Shown piece by piece: positions 16,592 to 25,678 of a stretch of DNA of 64,000 nucleotides; the stretch's first letter is position 1, and the number at the start of each line of letters is the position of its first letter. The notes beneath the pieces are model-generated. The model was not told where the DNA came from. It did not search any database and saw nothing but the letters and a program-made list of their open reading frames with translations. Both the position numbers and the translations under genes were made by a program. This DNA is from an uncultured Candidatus Saccharibacteria bacterium (GTDB lineage: Bacteria; Patescibacteriota; Minisyncoccia; Phycocordibacterales; Phycocordibacteraceae): positions 97 through 64,096 of the forward strand of contig CAYHXV010000002.1 in NCBI GenBank assembly GCA_964360855.1. The letters are read 5' to 3'.

Positions 16592-18760
16592 ATGGACGAT
16601 AAGTTTAAGAAACCATACGATCCTGCACTCACTGAGTCCCGTATATACGAGGCATGGGAGAAGAGTGGGTACTTCAACCCGGACAACCTACCCGGTGACC
16701 GGCCCGAAACCTATACCGTTACCCTTCCGCCACCAAACGTAACGGGGGTGCTCCACCTTGGGCACGCATACGAGGATTCCCTTCAAGACGCTGTGGTTCG
16801 TTTTGAACGCATGCGGGGGAAACGTGCGCTCTGGGTGCCCGGAACCGACTCAGCAGCAATAGCCACCCAAGCACGGGTGGAGAAAAACCTCATGAAGGAG
16901 GAGGGCAAGAGCCGTCATGATATTGGGCGGGAGGAGTTGGTGCGTCGTGTAGCACTATTTGCAAAAGAAAGTGAGAGTAGCATTCTTTCTCAGATTCGAC
17001 GCATGGGAGCTTCACTTGATTGGTCTCGCTATGCCTACACGCTGGATGAAGTGCGCAACCGCGCAGTCTTCACTGCCTTCAAGCGCATGTATGACGCAGG
17101 ACTTATATACCGAGGTAATCGGATTGTGAACTGGGACCCAAAAGGACAGACCACAATCTCAGACGATGAAATAGTGCATGAGGAACGCACGGCAAAACTG
17201 TACACCTTCCGATACGCAAAGGACTTTCCTATTCCGGTGGCCACAACACGTCTTGAGACAAAGGTAGGTGACGTGGCGGTTGCGGTGCATCCAGATGACG
17301 CACGATACAAGGAATTCGTGGGCAAGACATACGAAGTAGTGTTCTGCGATGTGCCACTTTCTATACGCATAGTTGCAGACAAAGAAGTAGATCCCGAGTT
17401 TGGTACGGGCGCTCTTGGCGTGACCCCTGCACACAGCCACGTGGATGCAGAGATTGCAGATAGGCACCAACTTCCGAAGGATCGAGTGGTTATAAACGAA
17501 TATGCAAAGATGAGCGCCCCTGGTCGCTTGAATGGGCTCAAGGTGCTTGAGGCTCGTGAGGTGGTTGCGCAGTGGCTGCGAGACGAAGGACTCATGGAGA
17601 ATGAGGAGGACATTTCTCAAAATGTAGCGACGGCTGAACGCACCGGAGGGATTATTGAGCCGCTGCCAAAGCTGCAGTGGTTTGTGGCGGTAGACAAGCC
17701 ATTCACCCTTCCACACTCAGAACTCTCGGGAATTGCGAGTGGAGCACAGATCACGCTTAAAGAAATGATGCGGACCATGGTTGAAAGCGGGGATGTCTCC
17801 ATGCCCCAGGAGAACTTTAAGAAAGTCTACTTCCACTGGATCAATAACTTGCACGACTGGTGCATTAGTCGCCAGATATGGTTTGGGCACCGTATACCGG
17901 TATGGTACCGGGGAGAGGAGTTGGTATGTAGCATAACGGCGCCCGAAGGAAGCGACTGGGAGCAAGATCCCGACGTACTTGATACCTGGTTCTCTTCTGC
18001 CTTGTGGACATTCTCTACGCTCGGATGGCCCGAGGAAACTAAGGATCTGAAAACCTATCACCCCACTGCGTTCATGTCTCCCGCATATGAAATACTTCCC
18101 CTGTGGGTATCCCGCATGATTCTCATGAGTGGTTTTTTGTTGGGGCAAGCCCCGTTCAAAACGGTGATGATCCACGGACTCGTTCGGGACGCCAAAGGAC
18201 GAAAGTTTAGTAAGTCACTTGATAACGGAGTGGATCCAATTGAAATGATTGATAAGTACGGAGCGGACGCGCTTCGCATGGGAGTGCTCGTGGGCACCGC
18301 AATAGGCAACGACATTCGCTTTGATGAGAGTAAAGTAAAAGGATACAAGAACTTTGCCAATAAACTCTGGAATATAACCCGTTTTGTTTTGGAGCAGACT
18401 GAGGGTGCCGATACGGCTGCAGTACTCACTGGCGCAGACCAGCTACTTCGAACTGAATTGAATGCGATTATCCTTGACGTAACAAAAGATATGGAAGAGC
18501 ATCGCCTCTACCTCGCAGCTGAGAAGCTCTACCACTATGCGTGGCATGAGTTGGCGGACACTATTATTGAAGAATCGAAGCCACTTCTCTTAGGAGATGA
18601 TGTACTGATCAAAGCATCGCGCCAAGCACTACTTCTTTCACTCCTGAACGACACCGTGAAGCTTCTCCATCCATTTATGCCGTTTGTGACGGAGGAAATA
18701 TGGAGTTCACTTCCGGGGACAAAGGACCTTCTCATGGTTGCTCCCTGGTCAACCGCTTAG
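16592..18760 (+). CDS. valS: Valine--tRNA ligase, short form (about 723 aa) lacking the C-terminal coiled coil
   Basis: PPPNVTGVLHLGHA (HIGH), KFSKSL (KMSKS), CP1 editing-domain-like middle region. Confidence 0.9.
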   Translation: MDDKFKKPYDPALTESRIYEAWEKSGYFNPDNLPGDRPETYTVTLPPPNVTGVLHLGHAYEDSLQDAVVRFERMRGKRALWVPGTDSAAIATQARVEKNLMKEEGKSRHDIGREELVRRVALFAKESESSILSQIRRMGASLDWSRYAYTLDEVRNRAVFTAFKRMYDAGLIYRGNRIVNWDPKGQTTISDDEIVHEERTAKLYTFRYAKDFPIPVATTRLETKVGDVAVAVHPDDARYKEFVGKTYEVVFCDVPLSIRIVADKEVDPEFGTGALGVTPAHSHVDAEIADRHQLPKDRVVINEYAKMSAPGRLNGLKVLEAREVVAQWLRDEGLMENEEDISQNVATAERTGGIIEPLPKLQWFVAVDKPFTLPHSELSGIASGAQITLKEMMRTMVESGDVSMPQENFKKVYFHWINNLHDWCISRQIWFGHRIPVWYRGEELVCSITAPEGSDWEQDPDVLDTWFSSALWTFSTLGWPEETKDLKTYHPTAFMSPAYEILPLWVSRMILMSGFLLGQAPFKTVMIHGLVRDAKGRKFSKSLDNGVDPIEMIDKYGADALRMGVLVGTAIGNDIRFDESKVKGYKNFANKLWNITRFVLEQTEGADTAAVLTGADQLLRTELNAIILDVTKDMEEHRLYLAAEKLYHYAWHELADTIIEESKPLLLGDDVLIKASRQALLLSLLNDTVKLLHPFMPFVTEEIWSSLPGTKDLLMVAPWSTA

Positions 18761-18806
18761 GCGTTGTTAGACCACATGCTACCCATGCCGATGTGGCATA
18801 ATAGCT

Positions 18807-19523
18807 TTGATGTCTTATAGCACACTCGGGTATGCATTCGTGGGAGGAATCCTTCCCGCACTCGTGTGGCTATATTTTCTCTTGAAGGAGGACCAACGGT
18901 GCCCGGAGCCTCGTCCGCTCATTCTTGTAGCGTTTATGTCGGGCATGCTTGCGGTGGCGTTCGCACTTCCCCTTGAGCACTTTGCCAAACTTTGGCTTCC
19001 AAGCGACTTATCTGTGGTGCTTGCCTGGGCAAGTATTGAGGAGGTCTTGAAGTATGCCATCGTGTCGCTCATCGTGCTCTGGCGACGCGCCGTGGACGAA
19101 TCGGTGGACTTGGTGATCTATATGATTACCGCAGCTCTCGGGTTTGCTGCACTTGAGAATGTCCTGTTCTTCTTTCAAGCACTCACGGTGCACGGGCTGT
19201 GGGGAAGCGCGGGAGCTCTTGCCACCGGAAACTTACGTTTCATTGGTGCGTCCCTTCTGCATATTGTTGCGTCTGCCGCAATTGGATTTGCTCTGGCGTT
19301 TGGGTTTCGTGCACATCGCGCGGTGCGGGCACTCTACGCAACCGCCGGACTTATCCTCGCCATCGCATTGCATAGTGCCTTTAATTTCCTTATTATTACG
19401 GGTGACGGATCCCATACGCTTTTTGCGTTCTTCATTGTGTGGATTGGTGCCGTTGTTTTCTTCGCCGTCTTTGAGATATTGAAATACTTCCGCTATCGTA
19501 ATGTACCCAAGAACACCTGCTAA
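18807..19523 (+). CDS. PrsW-family intramembrane glutamic protease
   Basis: Polytopic membrane protein with EEVLKY, FAALEN and HSAFNF motifs (EExxK/FxxxE/HxxxN pattern). Confidence 0.6.
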   Translation: MMSYSTLGYAFVGGILPALVWLYFLLKEDQRCPEPRPLILVAFMSGMLAVAFALPLEHFAKLWLPSDLSVVLAWASIEEVLKYAIVSLIVLWRRAVDESVDLVIYMITAALGFAALENVLFFFQALTVHGLWGSAGALATGNLRFIGASLLHIVASAAIGFALAFGFRAHRAVRALYATAGLILAIALHSAFNFLIITGDGSHTLFAFFIVWIGAVVFFAVFEILKYFRYRNVPKNTC

Positions 19524-19526
19524 CCT

Positions 19527-20033
19527 ATGAAAAAGCGCTCTTTCTTCGAACGACTCTCTGCCACCACTCCTCCAGATGATATGGATGCGTTTGATGATGA
19601 CTTTCCTATTCAGCATCCCGGCATGCCCTACCAGGCAGCTACCCCCATGGGCGTGCATGATGTATCGAGCGTGGTGAAGACGGTGTCTGAAGAAGACCAG
19701 GGCGAGGGCCAGCTCCCCGTGGACGTATACCAAACGGCAAACGATATTATTATTCGTTCCTTTATCGCTGGAGTGCGCCCGGACGAAATGAATGTTTCTA
19801 TTAGTCGAGACAAGGTGGTTATCGAGGGCTCACGCGAGGAGCGCGACAGCGTTGTGGAGGGCGACTATTTTGCACGAGAGTTGTTCTGGGGCCGCTTTAC
19901 TCGCACCATACTATTGCCACAAGAGATAGATGTGGACGGGTCCACCGCCGCAGCTAAAGACGGGCTCCTCTCCATCACGATGCCCAAGCTTGATAAAACT
20001 CGACAGACAAAACTTAAGGTCAAGGCAGGTTAG
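19527..20033 (+). CDS. Hsp20/alpha-crystallin small heat-shock protein
   Basis: Alpha-crystallin domain pattern: F.R.I.LP....D, GLLSITMPK C-terminal segment. Confidence 0.75.
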   Translation: MKKRSFFERLSATTPPDDMDAFDDDFPIQHPGMPYQAATPMGVHDVSSVVKTVSEEDQGEGQLPVDVYQTANDIIIRSFIAGVRPDEMNVSISRDKVVIEGSREERDSVVEGDYFARELFWGRFTRTILLPQEIDVDGSTAAAKDGLLSITMPKLDKTRQTKLKVKAG

Positions 20034-21121
20034 TGTGTTTCTTCGTGCAGTATTGGTGCGGTTAGTGTGGGTACGAGTGTGAACGGTACACGTCCAATAA
20101 CCTGTCCGCCAGGAGTCTCAACTGATACCCGCCACTTGCCTGAGCTATGAGGCGCAAACTCTGAATAGCCTCTATACCCTCCTGCGCGTCCTCCTGAAAT
20201 AGCAAACGGTATGCGGGACTCGGTGGTCCACGTTCCTGAAGACTCGTTATAGTACTCCCACCGATGTACAACTTGTGTCGAGAACTTAACCGGGGCCGCT
20301 ATGGCGCTATATGCATACAGAGTGGTACCAGAGGGTGCGTGTATTGTTCGAGGAGTAAGAACGTCGTACCAGGGTCGTGAGGTCTCACTCATTATCACGT
20401 ACCGCCCTTCTACCTTATGGAGTGCGTGATAGATACCAGACTCCGGCATGGTGAGGGGAATAGGGGGAAGAGCTCCGGTGAAATACGCTATGTTCACCAG
20501 CAACAAGGTGAGAAGTGTACCCGGAAGGGCGTAGCGCGAGCTTGAGCGCAGTTCCAGGCGATTGATACGAGAAAGGAGATAAAGGTACAGTCCAAAGATT
20601 ACAAGAGTTGCCCCAGTGCTTGCAAGGAATATGAGCGAGCTCAATCGGTCGAGCAGCAACGGAATGGCAAATATGAGATATGCATAAAGCGCAAAGAAAA
20701 GAAGGGTCAACTGAAAAGCGAGGTGCTTGTAGTACGTGCGGAAGAATTCGTTTCCGATAAATACTCCTGCCAGAAGCAAGAGAAACGGCCATGAGGCCGA
20801 GAACTCTGCGCTCTTCGTGTAGAAAATCATAAAGCCGGAGAGAAGGCTTCCAATGGCATATTGGGCCCCCAGAGGAGCCAAGATAGAGAGTGCACGCTTT
20901 CCGGTGTGCACATATTCGTGGGAGCGGGGGAATGAGACACCAATGAGAACCATGAGTCCAGCGAGCGTGAGATACCCAGCAAAAGCCAAGCTTGCGTATG
21001 CTACCGAAAGCACTGTGAAGGTAAACAGATCCACCCCAAATCCCAACACGAACGCTACGGCGCCTAAGTGTCGTTCGTTCTTCGCAGCAAAGGCCAGCAT
21101 CCGCGATATGGCTGCTTTCAT
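20030..21121 (-). CDS. Polytopic membrane protein with C-terminal extracytoplasmic domain (hypothetical)
   Basis: About 8 hydrophobic helices then a soluble about 130-aa domain; ATG abuts the tRNA-Phe 3' end; convergent 4-nt overlap with the Hsp20 gene. Confidence 0.5.
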   Translation of the reverse strand: MKAAISRMLAFAAKNERHLGAVAFVLGFGVDLFTFTVLSVAYASLAFAGYLTLAGLMVLIGVSFPRSHEYVHTGKRALSILAPLGAQYAIGSLLSGFMIFYTKSAEFSASWPFLLLLAGVFIGNEFFRTYYKHLAFQLTLLFFALYAYLIFAIPLLLDRLSSLIFLASTGATLVIFGLYLYLLSRINRLELRSSSRYALPGTLLTLLLVNIAYFTGALPPIPLTMPESGIYHALHKVEGRYVIMSETSRPWYDVLTPRTIHAPSGTTLYAYSAIAAPVKFSTQVVHRWEYYNESSGTWTTESRIPFAISGGRAGGYRGYSEFAPHSSGKWRVSVETPGGQVIGRVPFTLVPTLTAPILHEETH

Positions 21122-21196
21122 GGTGCTTGGGACAGGACTTGAACCTGCAACCCCTTCCGCTTCAAGGAAATGCTCTACCAATTGAGCTACCCAAGC
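21121..21196 (-). tRNA. tRNA-Phe (anticodon GAA), CCA encoded
   Basis: GCTTGGG acceptor, GCTCAATTGGTAGAGC D-arm, anticodon loop TTGAAGC, GGTTCAAGTCC T-loop, CCA. Confidence 0.85.
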
Positions 21197-21241
21197 AATA
21201 AAGCCACTTTATCACAACGGCTCCGTATTTTCACCTCGAAC

Positions 21242-21604
21242 CTAGGGCGCCCCCTGCCCCTTGAATTCCCCAAATGCTTTTTGGAATTCTGCAGAGGAAG
21301 GGATGCCAAATGCTGAGGGATTCTCCATCACGGTTGTCTTAATGAACTCAACTATAGGCTGAAAGAAGATAACCGGCAGACCAAGTACGAGTGCCCAGAA
21401 GATAAGCTTTACCCAAAAGCCGATAGTGTCCATAAACCGCATGTTCTTCAAAATACGATTGTTCTCCTCGCTCAATTCGAGATTGCGTTCAAGCATTTGA
21501 GAAAGACTCCCTGCATTCGCCATGATGTTCATGGCGGGTGGCGTGTGTGGCGGAAGCGGTACTTTGGCGGGAGCTTCTGACTTGCTTGGGGTGACGGGTT
21601 CCAT
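21242..21604 (-). CDS. Hypothetical small membrane protein (120 aa; P-rich N-terminus, one TM)
   Basis: ORF with hydrophobic segment LIFWALVLGLPVIFF; no family recognised. Confidence 0.4.
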   Translation of the reverse strand: MEPVTPSKSEAPAKVPLPPHTPPAMNIMANAGSLSQMLERNLELSEENNRILKNMRFMDTIGFWVKLIFWALVLGLPVIFFQPIVEFIKTTVMENPSAFGIPSSAEFQKAFGEFKGQGAP

Positions 21605-21625
21605 GGGTGGATTATAGCATCGACA

Positions 21626-22219
21626 TTACTTCCGAAGCATTCGCCTTATGGCGGGAAGTACGAGACACGCATAGAGGGTGCCCACCGTGAGTACCAGCAC
21701 AATTGGGTACAACCACACTGCCACACCTGTATCTGTGCCAAGCACCACCGTTACTAGGTTGAGCAATACACCAATAAAGAATAGAGACCAGGCCACCATA
21801 CTTTCACTGGTTGGATCTATGGTGGCTTTCCGTATGGTAGGAATGTACCCGCTTACGTAAATTCCCAGGTTCATAAGTAATGCAACAAACGCATCACGCG
21901 TGAAGAAGAGAATGATGAGGCTGGCCACACTGATAGCAAGGGATATTCGGTCTGTGGGAGACCAGCCACCAACTCCAAGTCGAAGTGAAAGGAGAAAAAT
22001 ACCAATACATCCAAGTGCGTCTGCAACCGGAACCCAGATGGCTTCGTTTGTTCCTGTCTCGTGCACACCAAACAAAATAATAGTTGTTGAAAGAGCCCAG
22101 ATGAACCAACTGGCTCTGTTGGGAATAGTCTTCTTCTTAATCACTTCGTATATATAGGGGACATACCCCGAGATCAGAAAGACACCGGAAACAATACCCA
22201 GGAGCTCGGGGAGATTCAT
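21626..22219 (-). CDS. Hypothetical 6-TM integral membrane protein (197 aa)
   Basis: Six hydrophobic helices; no family recognised. Confidence 0.45.
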   Translation of the reverse strand: MNLPELLGIVSGVFLISGYVPYIYEVIKKKTIPNRASWFIWALSTTIILFGVHETGTNEAIWVPVADALGCIGIFLLSLRLGVGGWSPTDRISLAISVASLIILFFTRDAFVALLMNLGIYVSGYIPTIRKATIDPTSESMVAWSLFFIGVLLNLVTVVLGTDTGVAVWLYPIVLVLTVGTLYACLVLPAIRRMLRK

Positions 22220-22241
22220 GACTTCAGTATAGCTGATGTAT

Positions 22242-22316
22242 TGGTGTCCCCCCCAGGAGTCGAACCTGGATCAAAGGTTTAGGAAACCTCTATTCTATCC
22301 ATTGAACTAAAGGGAC
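22242..22316 (-). tRNA. tRNA-Arg (anticodon CCT), CCA encoded
   Basis: Cloverleaf folds with anticodon loop TTCCTAA, GGTTCGACTCC T-loop, terminal CCA. Confidence 0.75.
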
Positions 22317-22339
22317 GCTCACCAATGGAGGGTAGCACA

Positions 22340-22376
22340 AAACCCCACGACTTTTGAGTCGCGGGGTTTTGATAGA
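22340..22376 (-). terminator. Terminator hairpin between the glutaredoxin-like gene and tRNA-Arg
   Basis: aaccccacgac-ttttga-gtcgcggggtt then ttgatagag. Confidence 0.5.
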
Positions 22377-22380
22377 GAAC

Positions 22381-22635
22381 CTATGCTGCTGGAGTCTCTT
22401 CAAGCCCCAACTCACTCACAAACTTCTTCTTATCAAAGCCAATGATCATCTCGTCTCCAATGAAGACAACGGGTACCCCCATCTGTCCGCTCTTATCAAT
22501 CATCTCCTGACGTTTCTCCATGTCTGAAGCAACATTGTATTCTGTGTATGGAACATTGTGCTCCTTAAAGAATTCCTTGCTCATCTGGCAGAAGTGGCAG
22601 GTTGGCGTGCTGTATATTGTGACGGTTTTATCCAT
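22381..22635 (-). CDS. Glutaredoxin/NrdH-like redoxin
   Basis: 84 aa, CHFC active site near the N-terminus, thioredoxin-fold length. Confidence 0.75.
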   Translation of the reverse strand: MDKTVTIYSTPTCHFCQMSKEFFKEHNVPYTEYNVASDMEKRQEMIDKSGQMGVPVVFIGDEMIIGFDKKKFVSELGLEETPAA

Positions 22636-22699
22636 AGGTTCCTATTTAGTGTTCCGAAAGTATATCACGCTCACTTATTTGACGAGTATAAAAGAATAG

Positions 22700-22728
22700 A
22701 CCCACTCCGCTCTGCGGAATGGGCCTAT
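22700..22728 (-). terminator. Terminator of the GC-rich outer-membrane-protein gene
   Basis: cccactccgc-tct-gcggaatggg; minus strand followed by tctattcttttatact. Confidence 0.5.
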
Positions 22729-22749
22729 TTCGAGTGAAAGATCGTCGGC

Positions 22750-23391
22750 CTACTTGCCGAAGGTCCAGCGGACGCCGGCGGTCCAGGTTTCCTGTTGGAA
22801 GCCGGTGTCTCCGGACCCCCAGGTGGAATTCCAGGACATCCTGGTCAGATTGGCTCGCTCGTAGGCCAGGGTGGCCGAGAAGCGATCGCTCAGCGGGTAG
22901 CTGATGCCGGCCCCGTAGTATGGACCAGCCGCGTAGGTGGGCTGCTCGTACGAGCCGGTCGGGTAGGCTCCACCGGAGTCGTACCTGGAGCCCTCCGTGA
23001 CCTGGGCGACGCGAACGCCGCCTGAGACGAAGACCTGAACAGGTCCGACATTGTGCCCGATCTTGAGGCCGAGCGAGCCCGACCAGTCCATCTGACGATA
23101 CTCGTGGTCGAACTCGTCGTAGCCGCACGAAGTCACCTTGCAGGTCTGGATGACCTGCTCGGCGGCGACGTTGCCGATCATCGAGCCCACTTCCGCGGCG
23201 ACGGTGAAGTCGTCGTCGAAGAACACGTGGCCGGCGCGAATGTCCACAACCGTCCCGGACGGGGACAGATTGTAGGTGTTCGTGGAACCGGCGTCGGTGT
23301 TACCGACCGCAAGGCTGACGTAGTTCTGGGCGCTGGCGGTGCCAGCGAACAGAGCCGCGGCAACAGCCGCGGCGAGAGCGAACATACGCAT
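22750..23391 (-). CDS. Outer-membrane beta-barrel protein (OmpW/Opa-like, OMP_b-brl) with signal peptide; about 65% GC island
   Basis: MRMFALAAAVAAALFAGTASA|QNY signal peptide; alternating amphipathic beta-strands; Y/G/S-rich loops; C-terminal ...AGVRWTFGK aromatic terminus; AGGAGA SD 8 nt upstream of the ATG. Confidence 0.65.
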   Translation of the reverse strand: MRMFALAAAVAAALFAGTASAQNYVSLAVGNTDAGSTNTYNLSPSGTVVDIRAGHVFFDDDFTVAAEVGSMIGNVAAEQVIQTCKVTSCGYDEFDHEYRQMDWSGSLGLKIGHNVGPVQVFVSGGVRVAQVTEGSRYDSGGAYPTGSYEQPTYAAGPYYGAGISYPLSDRFSATLAYERANLTRMSWNSTWGSGDTGFQQETWTAGVRWTFGK

Positions 23392-23440
23392 CGTATTTTC
23401 TCCTGAATGGGACAAGAGGACTGATTCCTCTTACCTATTT

Positions 23441-23469
23441 ATACTAGCATATACTTGTGTGTATGTCAA
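23441..23469 (-). promoter_or_regulatory. Near-consensus sigma70 promoter for the outer-membrane-protein gene (TTGACA-17-TAGTAT)
   Basis: Hexamers and 17-nt spacer read on the minus strand about 50 nt upstream of the ATG. Confidence 0.5.
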
Positions 23470-23485
23470 TACTATTGTATGAATA

Positions 23486-23845
23486 TTACCAGAATCCGGC
23501 CCAGTTGAAGGCTTTTTTCCACCAGGGGAGCTTCATGGTGGTGGTGGCTTCCGTTGGAGGAACCACAATAATGACCTCCTCTCCGGGCTTTGCTACCCCA
23601 TGCGTTTGCCTAAGCGTTGCTTCCTTCCCGCGCTCTGTGGAAAGCTCAGCAATATTTGCGGTGAGGAGGCGCTCACGCTCCTTGAGGGTTGCGAGCTCTA
23701 CCCGCGTACCCGATACTGCGTGACGAGCTATCTCCTCTTTACGAGCGATACCCCACACAATCCAGAGCAACCATAGGATAAGGAGTACGAGCAGGCCCGC
23801 GAGAATATACTCGCGTATGCGTTTCTTGGTTGGTCGTCGTGGCAT
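23486..23845 (-). CDS. Septum-formation initiator family protein (FtsB/DivIC-like)
   Basis: Basic N-terminus, single TM (LLVLLILWLLWIVWGI), then coiled coil; 119 aa. Confidence 0.5.
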   Translation of the reverse strand: MPRRPTKKRIREYILAGLLVLLILWLLWIVWGIARKEEIARHAVSGTRVELATLKERERLLTANIAELSTERGKEATLRQTHGVAKPGEEVIIVVPPTEATTTMKLPWWKKAFNWAGFW

Positions 23846-23869
23846 TACTGCCCAGTATACCAGTGCCGG

Positions 23870-25660
23870 CTACCGCTCTGAATCCTGCACCATCTTCATA
23901 AACACCTCCTGGGGAATATCCATCTTGGCGTGCGCTCCGCGACGCTTCTTTCCCTTCTTCTGTTTCTCAAGAAGTTTCATTTTGCGAGTAATGTCTCCCC
24001 CATACAAATACCCGGTTACGTCTTTTCGCAATGCTGAAATGCTCCTTGATGCCAAAATGCGTCCGAGAGCATGTGCCTGAATCTTAAGCACAAACATCTG
24101 GCGGGGAAGTATGCCGTGCAGTTTCTCCACCATGCGCTCACCTTCTTCCTCCACTCGCCTCCGAGATACCACGCGCGCAAATGCCGGCACTGGCTCCTCT
24201 GCTACAAATATCTCGAGCTTCACCACGTCTGCAGGTCGCTCATCAAGAAACTCATAGGAGAGTGAGGCGTACCCCGAGGATACGTTCTTTACCCGATCAA
24301 AGAATCCACGCATAAGTTCTCGCAGGGGCATCTCAGCCACGAGCTCTATGCGTCCATCTAGGTGTGTCTGGGTGTCCATCACCGCTCCCTCGTGATCATG
24401 AAAGAGTTGAATCATGCCCGAGAGTGCGTCTGGAGGGGTGATAAGCACCACCTTCACCCAGGGTTCCTCAATAGCCACAATGTCTCCAAACGCAGGGAAC
24501 TTAGAGGCAGTATAGATAGTCTCTCGAATACCCTTCTTGTCCGTCACGGTGTAGGCAATGGTGGGGATGGTAACAATAAGTTCAAGATTGAACTCGCGCT
24601 TCAGACGCTCCGTCACAATCTCAAGGTGAAGCATGCCGAGAAAGCCACACCGAAATCCCCTCCCCAGTACTCCTGAAGACTCTTCTTCAAAGGAGAGCGA
24701 GGAGTCGGAAAGTCTCAGACGTTCAAGCGCTTGTCTGAGTTCCGTGAGTGTATCTTGGTTTTCAGGATACACCGATGCCCACACCACGGGACGAGGGAGC
24801 TCAAACCCTGATAATGGCTCGGCACCCTTTCTATCGGTTAATACCGTGTCTCCCACCGCAACCACACCCGCTTCTTTCACCCCCGTCACCAGGTACCCAA
24901 TCTCGCCACTTGAAAGGGAATCGGTGGTGACCTCGTCCGGCATGAATATACCCGTCTCAAGAACCGTGAAGCGTTGCCCTGCTGCGGCAAAGCGAAGCAC
25001 GTCTCCTTTCTTAAAACTCCCATCAAAGATACGGGCGAAGACCGTAATGCCGCGGTGGGTGGAAAAGGAGAAATCAAAAATGAGTGCGCGCGCGTCTATG
25101 CCTTCGCTCGCTCGGGGCGCAGGAACCCGTTCCACAATCGCTTCCAGAAGCGCCTCAACTCCCTCTCCGGTACGTCCCGATACGGCAAGAATGGTCTCGG
25201 GTTCCACCTGAAGGAGTTCTGCTAACTCAAGAGACACCTCATCCACACGCGCGGCAGGGGAATCAATCTTTGAAAGTACCGGGATAATCACACACCCGGC
25301 CTTTCGCGCCATACCAAGTGTGGTCAGAGTCTGTGCCTGAATACCCTGTGTGGAGTCCACCAAAAGAATAACTCCCTCAACAGCAGAGAGTGCTCGCGAT
25401 ACTTCATACGCAAAATCGATGTGCCCGGGAGTATCAATAAGATTGAGTACATACTCGGTACCGTCCAGTGCCCGGTACTTCATTCGTGCCGGCTGCATCT
25501 TGATGGTGATACCCCGCTCGCGTTCAAGATCCATCTTATCAAGAACCTGGTCCCGCATCTTACGCGCCTCTATAGTTCCCGTACGTTCAAGTAGTCTATC
25601 GGCAAGCGTAGACTTCCCATGATCGATGTGGGCAATAATACTAAAGTTTCTGATGTTCAT
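23870..25660 (-). CDS. lepA: Elongation factor 4 (LepA)
   Basis: IIAHIDHGKST G1 motif, DTPGH, LepA-specific C-terminal domain; about 596 aa. Confidence 0.95.
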   Translation of the reverse strand: MNIRNFSIIAHIDHGKSTLADRLLERTGTIEARKMRDQVLDKMDLERERGITIKMQPARMKYRALDGTEYVLNLIDTPGHIDFAYEVSRALSAVEGVILLVDSTQGIQAQTLTTLGMARKAGCVIIPVLSKIDSPAARVDEVSLELAELLQVEPETILAVSGRTGEGVEALLEAIVERVPAPRASEGIDARALIFDFSFSTHRGITVFARIFDGSFKKGDVLRFAAAGQRFTVLETGIFMPDEVTTDSLSSGEIGYLVTGVKEAGVVAVGDTVLTDRKGAEPLSGFELPRPVVWASVYPENQDTLTELRQALERLRLSDSSLSFEEESSGVLGRGFRCGFLGMLHLEIVTERLKREFNLELIVTIPTIAYTVTDKKGIRETIYTASKFPAFGDIVAIEEPWVKVVLITPPDALSGMIQLFHDHEGAVMDTQTHLDGRIELVAEMPLRELMRGFFDRVKNVSSGYASLSYEFLDERPADVVKLEIFVAEEPVPAFARVVSRRRVEEEGERMVEKLHGILPRQMFVLKIQAHALGRILASRSISALRKDVTGYLYGGDITRKMKLLEKQKKGKKRRGAHAKMDIPQEVFMKMVQDSER

Positions 25661-25678
25661 TGAAATATAAACGCACGC

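Noticed and set aside
17035-18429. Several 120-190-aa ORFs antisense to valS, and similar ones antisense to ftsZ (7826..8461), groEL (33940..35345) and lepA (24633..25211)
   Set aside because: They overlap strongly supported housekeeping genes on the other strand, with S/R/T-rich composition; standard antisense artefacts.
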